A program made the position numbers and the translations under genes. Below, piece by piece: positions 16,843-26,115 of a stretch of DNA of 60,369 nucleotides (position 1 is its first letter; each line of letters opens with the position of its first letter). The notes beneath the pieces are model-generated. The model made no database searches, was not told the DNA's origin, and was given only the letters and a program-made list of their open reading frames with translations. Source of the DNA: Malacoraja senta (taxonomy: Eukaryota); contig JAXLNO010000044.1 in the NCBI GenBank assembly GCA_038087875.1, positions 1 through 60,369 of the forward strand, in the 5' to 3' direction.

Positions 16843-18224
16843 AGGGCTAACAAATCATTTATTGCAAGTGCAGACTCACAGTTCAGTTGATTCACAGCCT
16901 AGAATGAGAGTCGTGACCTCTTCCTCGCGATCTTGCAGAGGGGCGTTACCTTCAGCGCGGTGATTGATAGGCGAGAGGATCTCAAGGTTTTTTAAACACT
17001 CATAACTTTTTTTTTTTTCATCTATGGGAAAAATTCTTGGGGCCTGCTCAGCAGAGGAGGACTTGTGAGTAAGATGGCCAAAAATCAGAGCGATATATGG
17101 TAGTGTTCTAAAATCAATATACAGCGCAGACAGGAAGTGGTCAAGATGAGACTTTTAATTATATAGATTGTAACAGTTATATAATTGCAACTATTGCAGT
17201 AAATATGCTCACAACATGAAAATGCTAGAAAATTTGTTTTTTTGTGATATTGGTTGTGGAATAAATATTGCTCATTAAATGATGAATCCCCACTCTTTCC
17301 CCCAGTAAACATGAGCCAAGAACTGGTAGAACTGCTGAACTATTCTTCAAGGTTAGGTCAAGTGGTCTTTTATAACTACCTGGGATGGCTAATTTAGAAA
17401 CAATGCAATCATCATTCAAAAGGTGGGATTTCTGATCATGCCCTGAGCCTTCAATGCTGCACTGGAAGTAAATTATGTGCTTAAATCTCTCAATTGAGGT
17501 TTAAACCTTGACCTTCTTGTGCTTGGAATATTTCCTCTATATTTTCAGCCATGCATATTTCTCTCAGTTTCTTGCAATAATAAAATTGCTGCTGGTTTTG
17601 CACTGAACTCATTCGCTATCCTATTGATATCAATGTATTTTATATCAGTGTATTTTATTTGGAGCCTTGGTACTTTGTCTGGTTCTTCATGTGCATATGG
17701 CAGAAAAAATAGCTTACTGCTTTATAGTCAGCAGTATTTATAATAAACATAATTTGGTGAGTTAGATGTTGCAGAATAGTTAATTTGATTCATGATACAG
17801 CAGTGCCATGCACAGGATTAATCATGGTTTAGTTATGGTTGGCAGATTATTATCGATGTTGCCTTAAAGCTAAGCAGAATTCATGAATTTATCCATAAAC
17901 CTGTACAAAGAAGCTCTTATGCACATGACGCATCTATAACTTTTGCCTTTTCACATTCTAGGCCATAAGGCAAAGGTAATTGGGGGGTGGGGGACATAGC
18001 TAGCATTGCAAGGAGCGCCACAAGCCACATGAATTTTTATTACATTTAGGAAAATATGTCCACTAACTTTAGAAGATCAATGCTCATTCAGTAGTAGTGT
18101 TATTCTCAGGAGACAGTGAAGGCTCCTGAAAGCATTTAAGATTTGAAGAGGGGCAAAATAGCACACTCCAGGAAGAAAATTTCTAAATCTCTGATGTGTT
18201 CTCTGCACCTTCCTCCTTTCTCAG

Positions 18225-18292
18225 CCTGCCCACTCTTTGAGAGCCAGCCATGGCAAGTTCCAGAAACAGAGAGAAGCGGTGATGAAGAATGA
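18225..18292 (+). CDS. FBXO16: FBXO16 terminal coding exon ((S)CPLFESQPWQVPETERSGDEE*)
   Basis: Strong pyrimidine tract + cag acceptor, phase 1 fits, TGA at 18290-18292. Confidence 0.78.
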
Positions 18293-18491
18293 AAGGTTTA
18301 AACCACATGGAACAGATACGAGCCCCATCAACTGGTTGAGCTGGTTAGCAAAGAATGACAAGAGTTGGTGAATTGGATTTGGATTGTACTGAAGGAATCA
18401 CTGGATGGATATGTGAATTATACGTAATAGATTGTAATACGCTGAATGTTAGGGTTAAATAATTAATTTCCTATTTTGTTGTGAGGGAAGA

Positions 18492-18497
18492 AATAAA
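18492..18497 (+). terminator. Candidate FBXO16 polyadenylation signal
   Basis: AATAAA 200 bp after the stop codon. Confidence 0.5.
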
Positions 18498-19602
18498 TGA
18501 AAATGTGAATTGAAGACATTTTTAAACTGTAAAAATCATTGAAGTATTATGCTACAAACACTCCAAGCAGTTTGAAGCATTAATACAAAATTATGTGCTT
18601 TGCACAATCCACACAATGTTGCTTCTGATGTGGTAGAACACACTACAAAGGAAGAGAAAATTTAACCCAGGAAAGGTAAATGTAGCTCAGAAAAAACAGT
18701 TATGTACAGTATTACCTGAGTTCGATATCTGTGTAGAGAAATTCCAAGGAGAAAAAGTCCACATAACTTTATTTTTTCTAAGTAATTTAAGTTCACCTTT
18801 CCTTTCTCCACCAATTCTGATTATGTACCGATGCACCATCCAGATAGTAGTAGAATTATTTTCAAAAATCTGTGATGACTATTCCCTGATTTGCAGAGAA
18901 GTGACATTATGTACAGGTATTTAAATGATTGCTGTCAGTCTATTAGACTTACTAATGTACTTTCTCAAATAAATGACCTAACTCACAACTATTGAAAGAT
19001 CTATTGATTTGAACAGCTAAAACATTAAAGAATTAGAAAACCATGCATGCTTCATATTTAAGCCTGTAGATTCACAGAACATGCTGGCCTTGTTTGAAAT
19101 TTTTTCTTTGGATTTATCTGTTTTTAACTGATCTGCTTCCATACAACTTTGGAAGTAAAATTTGGATGAACGCGACTCAGGCATGTGCTCAAACCTACCT
19201 TGAGCTCTCTGGGTGTACATCCTGTGATAGGGCTGTGGCATTGTTATGTGCTTCTGAAAGAAATTGGTCCAGTGATATTTCTTGTTGTATTTTAAATAGG
19301 CTCCACAATGATTGCTTCTTGAAATTGTCTTTAACTATTACCACTGACCTCTTGGCTGTTCCTTTTGAAGCTGAATGAAAGGATAAGAGTAGATTGCAGT
19401 TACAGTAGATGAAAATGGGTTTCATTGTCAGAAACTAGCTCTCCATGTTATACAAATGAAGACCTTAATTATTCAATAGTATATTTACTAATGGTATATG
19501 TGTGTATTTGTGGAAAAATATGGCAGTTAATGTGCAGATTAACACATTTGTGTAAAATGTACATGGTATGTGTGTGCGCATGTGTGGATGATCAAGTGTA
19601 TG

Positions 19603-20173
19603 TGTGAATGGAAATCCTGAATCAACGCTGTAAGATTGTTCTGTAAAGGTAAAATGGTTGGCCAGGTAGACTGGATTAAAACATTAAAATGTCTGCTGAC
19701 CAAAGTTGCTGAGTATGTAGCTGCAGGGGTCAGGAAGTTGTGGACAGGAGGAATTCACATTGTCCTGCTGTTACTGCATAGTTACAACTATGGTATTAAC
19801 TGTACCCGTCTGACTGAGATAGCTGGCTCTCAGAAGTCTAAGGAATATACAAACCGTGGCTCCCAGAAGTCTGAGGAATGTACCTTACTGATCTCTAGTA
19901 TTGTTCCACTAAATAACACCTCCCAATATGTACTTGCCTGTGATCTTGACCAGTACTTTCATGTCTGTTGCTTTGTATCAGTAATATGGGAGGCATAACC
20001 TGTAGCCTTTAAGTATATAAGGCATTACAAATTAAGGCATTGAGCTTGACTCTTTGCTAGGTTGTTAACCTGTGTGAAGACTCAGTGCTGATTAAACGTA
20101 CGTTTAAAGCAACCCCGGTGTCCGGTCGATTATTGTCGAAACAACCGATGTGAGAGAAAAACGTGAATCAACA
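19603..20173 (+). repeat. 5' LTR (571 bp, TG...CA)
   Basis: TATATAA 20014-20020, ATTAAA 20091-20096; matches the 3' LTR at offset 5763. Confidence 0.97.
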
Positions 20174-20175
20174 TT

Positions 20176-20193
20176 TGGTGTCAGGAGTGGGAT
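20176..20193 (+). promoter_or_regulatory. Primer-binding site, tRNA-Leu(CAG)
   Basis: TGGTGTCAGGAGTGGGAT, complementary to the recalled 3' end of vertebrate tRNA-Leu, 2 nt after the LTR. Confidence 0.85.
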
Positions 20194-20267
20194 GTCAACC
20201 AGCAGCTGATCGAGCCGGCGAGTGAATCCACTGGGCGACGGGATCGATGTGAAGGGTGCGCAGCCAA

Positions 20268-20273
20268 GTGAGT
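20268..20273 (+). promoter_or_regulatory. Candidate retroviral major splice donor
   Basis: CAA|GTGAGT between the PBS and the leader repeats. Confidence 0.6.
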
Positions 20274-20410
20274 AGATTTAGTTAAATCACCTCTTGGTCC
20301 TTCCTCGTATCCCGGCGTAGCAGGGTAATTCGCTGGCTTGCGTCAGTCGGTGGGACGACATCCGAACTATCCGGTTGTGGGCACGGGGATAGGATGGGAA
20401 TGTAATGGTT

Positions 20411-21023
20411 ATTGAATCGTCATTTTGACAAGTATTGAGACGTTAACCGAGACCAAGGTACCCCCGTATCTCACAGAAAGTCCGCCTTAGACTGGTTGTT
20501 AAGAGAGGAAATCCTCCACGCGAAGGTCAGGAATTAAAGTGACCGAGTGAGATACGGCTGAACCAAGGACTCACGGTTAACCCTGAACTATTGGTGTGTA
20601 ATAAAATAAGTATATATTGAATCGTCATTTTGACAAGTATTGAGACGTTAACCGAGACCAAGGTACCCCCGTATCTCACAGAAAGTCCGCCTTAGACTGG
20701 TTGTTAAGAGAGGAAATCCTCCACGCGAAGGTCAGGAATTAAAGTGACCGAGTGAGATACGGCTGAACCAAGGACTCACGGTTAACCCTGAACTATTGGT
20801 GTGTAATAAAATAAGTATATATTGAATCGTCATTTTGACAAGTATTGAGACGTTAACCGAGACCAAAGTACCCCCGTATCTCACAGAAAGTCCGCCTTAG
20901 ACTGGTTGTTAAGAGAGGAAATCCTCCACGCGAAGGTCAGGAATTAAAGTGACCGAGTGAGATACGGCTGAACCAAGGACTCACGGTTAACCCTGAACTA
21001 TTGGTGTGTAATAATATAAGTAT
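20411..21023 (+). repeat. Three 205-bp tandem leader repeats with strong internal pairing
   Basis: Unit starts 20411, 20616, 20821; near-identical; end 5 nt before the gag ATG. Confidence 0.97.
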
Positions 21024-21028
21024 TAAAA

Positions 21029-21860
21029 ATGGGTAATGGTATGGACACCAGTTGTCACCCGGACCGGCCATTACATCAGCTATGTTCCTTGCATCCAGAA
21101 ATGGAGGAGACCTTCAGGCGTATGTCGGGAGGACTCATTCATAAACTGGGGAAGGATGAATGGCCTGAAGGGGGTTCCAAGGATATGGGTGTGTTATCAA
21201 GTGCCCAGAGTGTAATATGGAAAAAGGATAAAAAAAAGAAATTATAAAAAGGCCATTCAGTTGTGGATCGATCATTGTAACAGAGAAAAGGCACGGTCTT
21301 TAACGGCCAGTTGGCAGAGTAATGCCTTGAAACTAGGAATACCCCTGACCGAGGGAGGTCAGGAGAAGTCAGTGACTGTATTAAAACAGGAATGTAGGCA
21401 TGCTAAGGAAAGTAAGGATCATCAGGAGAGAGAGAGACAAAATAAGGCCGAGGTAGATAAAGACTTACGTAAGTCGGTGGCTGGCATAGATTTGGGAGGT
21501 GACGACGAGGAGGAGGTAGAGGATTATCATTGGGGAGTCCGTGGAGCACCCCCGCTGAACCAGTCTGCCCCGTTGCCAGTCCCTTGTCCGCTCCTCCAAT
21601 TCCCGCTACCCGATCCAAGATTAAAACTCGCCCTTCACAGATACCAGTTTCCAAATCTCCCGTACCCTCGCTGAACCCCAGAACCCCATTCAGGGGGGAC
21701 CACAGGGAAGACAGTTGCCACTAGTGCCCCTCCAGCAGACCGACCTCCTCCGTATTCTCCTGCTGCCCTACAATGTACCGACTCCGTGGGAGGCAGAACT
21801 AAGCTGAACCCCCGGACCAAAACCAGAAAGAATATGGCACACCGGCGAACTCAATCCCTC
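21029..21860 (+). pseudogene. gag: gag remnant (matrix and Pro-rich region with PPPY late domain; capsid and nucleocapsid deleted)
   Basis: MG start; W-P-x-x-G-S matrix-like motif; frameshift in A8 run (21230-21237); stop at 21672; PPPY at 21744-21755. Confidence 0.75.
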
Positions 21861-21865
21861 CCCTA

Positions 21866-24598
21866 CAGTATACATGGACCAGATAGCCACCGGGCTTTGT
21901 AAACTCGCCGACCCTATTTTCCCGTTGTCTGCAACAGCAATTACAAAACCTGCAGTTACCTGAGGGGTCTGCATTGATCCAGTACGTCGATGACCTTTTA
22001 GTGGCCAGTGAAACGGAGGAGCAGAATAGGGAAGCTATAATTTTATTGTTGAACTTTGTAAAGGCATTGGGGTACGTTGTGTCCCCCTCCAAAGTACATG
22101 TCGGACAAAATGAGGTGAAATTCCTCGGAGTCATAATCTCAGCAGATGGCCGTCGGTTGGACGAGAGCCGCACGGACCCCATTTACAGGACACCACCCCC
22201 CACGACAGCCAGGGGAATGCGACAGTGGTTGGGAATGATCAACTACTGCCGTCAGTGGATTCCAAATGTGGCCCTGGACATAAAGCACCTGACCCCTTAC
22301 ACCAGCCAGGAAGGTACCTTTGTATTGTCAGATGAAGCCTTGACCGCCTTCAATAATCTACGAGAGGCCCTGCAGAAGGCTCCTGCGCTGGGGCGACCCC
22401 TGTATGATAGACCTTTTCAGCTCTATTGTACCATCCTGGGCGAATGTGCCACTGCGGTTTTGACCCAGCTGCATGGGGATAAGCACCGACCAGTGGCGTA
22501 TTATTCATCCAAGTTAGACCCTGTGGCACTGGGGTATCCCCATTGTACACAAATTTTGACAGCGGTATACAATAGTCTTCAGTCGGCCGCCAACCTGACT
22601 CTCCAGCAGGACATTACCGTATATTCCTCCCACTCCGTGACCGCCCTACTGGGACAGCTCCAGACCCAGCATTTGACTTCAGCCAGACAAAATAGGTATG
22701 AGATCTACCTGTTGAATAATCCCAAGCTACAGTTCCGGCACTGCACCACTATCAACCCTGCTGCGTTTCTCTGCTCTCCTCCTGATCCCCTCGCTCCATG
22801 CGACCATAATTGCTTGGAGGCTATTCTCGCGGATACCAGTCCGCGCCCTGACCTTAGCGATCAACCTCTAGCCTCCCCAGATTTGATCCTCTATACCGAT
22901 GGAAGTTCGTCCATCGACGAGCAGGGACGCCGTCTGTCAGGCTTTGCGGTAGTTAAACAAGATGGAACCTTGCTGGATTGTGGCAGTTTTGACCCACCGA
23001 TTTCAGCTCAGCAGGCCGAGTTGTTTGCCCTCACCCGAGCCTGTGTCCTCGCCGAGGGGCTCTCCGTCAATATTTACACCGACTCCCGATACGCATTCGG
23101 AGTCGTTCACGATTTCGGACAGTTATGGAAAAATAGGGGATTCCTCACCTCGACGGGCCATAAGATTGCCAATCAGATCCTGGTCTCTGACCTGTTGAAT
23201 GCTATCCTTCTGCCCTCTGCGGTAGCCGTAATCAAATGTGCGGCCCACACGACAGGAGATTCCCCGGTCCAAATCGGTAACAGGTTGGCTGACGAAGCGG
23301 CTAAGTGTGCTTCACGTGGTAGATTTAAAGTGGTGGGTAGTATGATGAGGCAGGTGAAAAGCCTTTATATGGGCTCGTCTGAATCTGAGAAACCTATGCC
23401 AACCATGAATGATGTATTGCACTTACAGGGGGACGCCTCTGTCGATGTTATAATGGAATGGGAGCAGCTGGGCTGTCGGAAGGCTGATTCCGGACTGTGG
23501 CTCACGCCGGCCGGACAGACCTGCATGACAGACCAGTTAGTGACCTGGGTTGTTGATAGCCTACATCTAGCCACTCACTGTGGGGCCACCTTGCTAGTAG
23601 ACGCTCTCTTACAGGCATGGTGGCATCCTCGACTTAAGGTTTTGGCAGCCCAAACTAGTGCACGGTGCCTCACCTGTGCTACACACAACCCTGGTAAAGG
23701 AGTTGTCTGCCAGACGGGTCGTACCCCATTACCTACTGCTCCGTTTGAAACCTTACAGATGGATTTTATTGATTTGCCTAAGTGTCAGTGTTATAAACAT
23801 GTGCTTGTTATTGTTGATGTGTTTTCTAGGTGGATTGAAGCCTTTCCAACCACTGATTGCACTGCTTCTACGGTGGTGTCTATTTTATTACGGCAGTTTG
23901 TTCCTCGCTTTGGGGTTCCAAACACCATCAGTTCGGATAACGGCCCTCACTTTATTGCCGCTATCAATAAAGAATTGTACCGACAGCTGGGTGTAACCCA
24001 GCGGCTACATTGTGCTTATCGCCCACAGGCTGCAGGAATGGTGGAACGCTTGAACCAGACCCTGAAGACCAAGCTTGCCAAGCTGGTGGACCAATCGGGC
24101 TCCACCTGGGTTAAAATGTTACCTGTTGCCTTGTTTCAGATCAGAGTCCTTCCAGCAGGGAAGACAAGGTTGTCTCCTGCAGAGATCATCTATGGCCGAC
24201 CCCTGCGCACCCCCTGGACAGACATTATCCCAGCCACAACGACATTGCATCATATGACGGAGGAGATGGTCTCTTACGTCCTTGCCCTTACAAGGGCCCT
24301 GCATGAGATTCATGGGGAGGTCAAGGCTGCTTATGTGGGCGACATAGATTTTCCCGTTGATGGACGGACACCCCGTTCTTATGTGTTGATTAAAAATTGG
24401 GTTCGTAAGGACACCCTTTCTCCTCGATGGTTGGGCCCCTTCCAGGTTCTCCTCACCACCTCCACCGCGGTAAAGGTAGAAGGACGATCGGCATGGGTGC
24501 ATTTGCACCATTGTAAAGTGGTTGGTGACACCAAGCAAAGGGGGGAGGTCGAGGTCAGAGAGGGGGATCCGGTCCACGAAAAGCAGGGTACGAATTAA
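21866..24598 (+). pseudogene. pol: 5'-truncated pol: RT palm/thumb, RNase H, integrase; open from 21887 to the stop
   Basis: QYTWTR*PPGFVNSPTLF, YVDD, YTDGSS/SAQQAEL/YTDSRY, HHCC, D-D-E (LQMDF, SSDNG, VERLN), GPF module; protease and RT N-terminus absent. Confidence 0.93.
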
Positions 24599-24619
24599 TT
24601 TCGCTTTGAAATTGCACGT

Positions 24620-24650
24620 TCCTTTCTTTTTCCCTCCCTTGTGTTCGCAG
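24620..24650 (+). promoter_or_regulatory. env splice acceptor
   Basis: TCCTTTCTTTTTCCCTCCCTTGTGTTCGCAG, 20 nt before the ATG at 24671. Confidence 0.7.
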
Positions 24651-24670
24651 ATACGAAATAAATCGCTAAG

Positions 24671-25144
24671 ATGAGGGTCTCCGTGGCATTAATATGTGTG
24701 GCGACCACAGCAGGGTTAATCGGTTTCGGTTGGAAATGGACAAAGCCTGAATACGGACGGAACAAACGACGAAAGAGAGGGGAACGAGAAAACTCCAATT
24801 TATTCATCCAGGCACACAACGAGTTATTCGGGAAGGGGCAGGTGGTTTGTTATCCACGAATGACATCAGTTACCTCCCTGTTTACCCCATCCCCGGCATG
24901 GGGCAGAACTGAACAACTGGTCAAGTGCCAGGACAAAGAAATGGTCCCTGTCAAGCCCGTTATCATCAGCTATGATAGGCTTCTCGCTCCACCGGCCAAC
25001 TGCTTACCGCTCCCTAAGAACAACAACCACTCCTACGACATTTGCTATAATGGATCTAGGACAGCGTCAAGAGCACCGGCTAGGCCATGTAACTTCACCA
25101 CCAATAACGACAACAGGTTTGGGGACCACCCCCGAGGAAACTAA
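24671..25144 (+). CDS. env: Truncated Env (signal peptide + N-terminal SU, 157 aa)
   Basis: Position after pol; hydrophobic N-terminus, RRKR, Cys residues, sequons NHS/NGS/NFT; no TM anchor; probable cytoplasmic-tail remnant in another frame to 25334. Confidence 0.7.
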   Translation: MRVSVALICVATTAGLIGFGWKWTKPEYGRNKRRKRGERENSNLFIQAHNELFGKGQVVCYPRMTSVTSLFTPSPAWGRTEQLVKCQDKEMVPVKPVIISYDRLLAPPANCLPLPKNNNHSYDICYNGSRTASRAPARPCNFTTNNDNRFGDHPRGN

Positions 25145-25353
25145 ACAGTCTGTACGAATGATGATCTTACAGCGTGAGCAGGAGAGACTGTTACCATTCC
25201 CCAATGACAGCGAAAACGATGAAGTGAGTGAGGAAGGAGAATTGGGGGACCAGGGTCGGACGGTCCAAGAAGCCTTGGCCAGGGAACTAAAAGGTTACGA
25301 AATTCGGCGAATGGGACTTTTAAATGGATTATGAGTGTTGCCATAAAAATGGC

Positions 25354-25365
25354 AAAAGGGGGGAA
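25354..25365 (+). promoter_or_regulatory. Polypurine tract
   Basis: AAAAGGGGGGAA immediately before the 3' LTR (MLV-like). Confidence 0.93.
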
Positions 25366-25936
25366 TGTGAATGGAAATCCTGAATCAACGCTGTAAGATT
25401 GTTCTGTAAAGGTAAAATGGTTGGCCAGGTAGACTGGATTAAAACATTAAAATGTCTGCTGACCAAAGTTGCTGAGTATGTAGCTGCAGGGGTCAGGAAG
25501 TTGTGGACAGGAGGAATTCACATTGTCCTGCTGTTACTGCATAGTTGCAACTATGGTATTAACTGTACCCGTCTGACTGAGATAGCTGGCTCTCAGAAGT
25601 CTAAGGAATATACAAACCGTGGCTCCCAGAAGTCTGAGGAATGTACCTTACTGATCTCTAGTATTGTTCCACTAAATAACACCTCCCAATATGTACTTGC
25701 CTGTGATCTTGACCAGTACTTTCATGTCTGTTGCTTTGTATCAGTAATATGGGAGGCATAACCTGTAGCCTTTAAGTATATAAGGCATTACAAATTAAGG
25801 CATTGAGCTTGACTCTTTGCTAGGTTGTTAACCTGTGTGAAGACTCAGTGCTGATTAAACGTACGTTTAAAGCAACCCCGGTGTCCGGTCGATTATTGTC
25901 GAAACAACCGATGTGAGAGAAAAACGTGAATCAACA
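25366..25936 (+). repeat. 3' LTR
   Basis: Identical to the 5' LTR by eye except A19784/G25547. Confidence 0.97.
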
Positions 25937-26115
25937 TATGTATACATATGAATGTGGATGATAGGTGCTGTGTGGCTCTACATGGATGGATGCATATGTA
26001 TATATGCACAGAGAAGTGTGATTCTGTGGACGATTGTTTAGTTTGTGCAGTTCGACAGTATCTATATAATTGCAGATAAGTACTTACAATTAGGTGTTGT
26101 ATATGTGTATGATTT

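Larger units (their letters stand above)
13745..17167 (-). mobile_element. Non-autonomous Helitron carrying internal tandem arrays
   Basis: 5' TCTATAT start at 17167; subterminal hairpin GGGACCC-AAC-GGGTCCC (13756-13772); CTCG 3' end (variant of CTAG); inserted between host A (13744) and T (17168) with no TSD. Confidence 0.75.
19603..25936 (+). mobile_element. Class I (gamma/epsilon-like) endogenous retrovirus, defective, very recent
   Basis: Paired LTRs, TATG TSD (19599-19602, 25937-25940), PBS, PPT, gag/pol/env remnants. Confidence 0.96.

Noticed and set aside
14493..16850. Repetitive ORFs up to 297 aa; CRISPR-like periodicity
   Set aside because: Translations of a satellite; no unique spacers, no cas genes, eukaryotic context
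19636..19998. 120-aa ORF in both LTRs (also 25399-25761)
   Set aside because: Non-ATG start and no recognisable domain; duplication only reflects LTR identity, although an accessory ORF cannot be fully excluded
20464..20557. Leader unit as a hairpin, hammerhead, twister or HDV ribozyme, or RNase P (AGAAAGTCCG)
   Set aside because: Only isolated words match; no N|GUC opposite AGAA, no CUGANGA, no twister loop, no HDV P3 pairing
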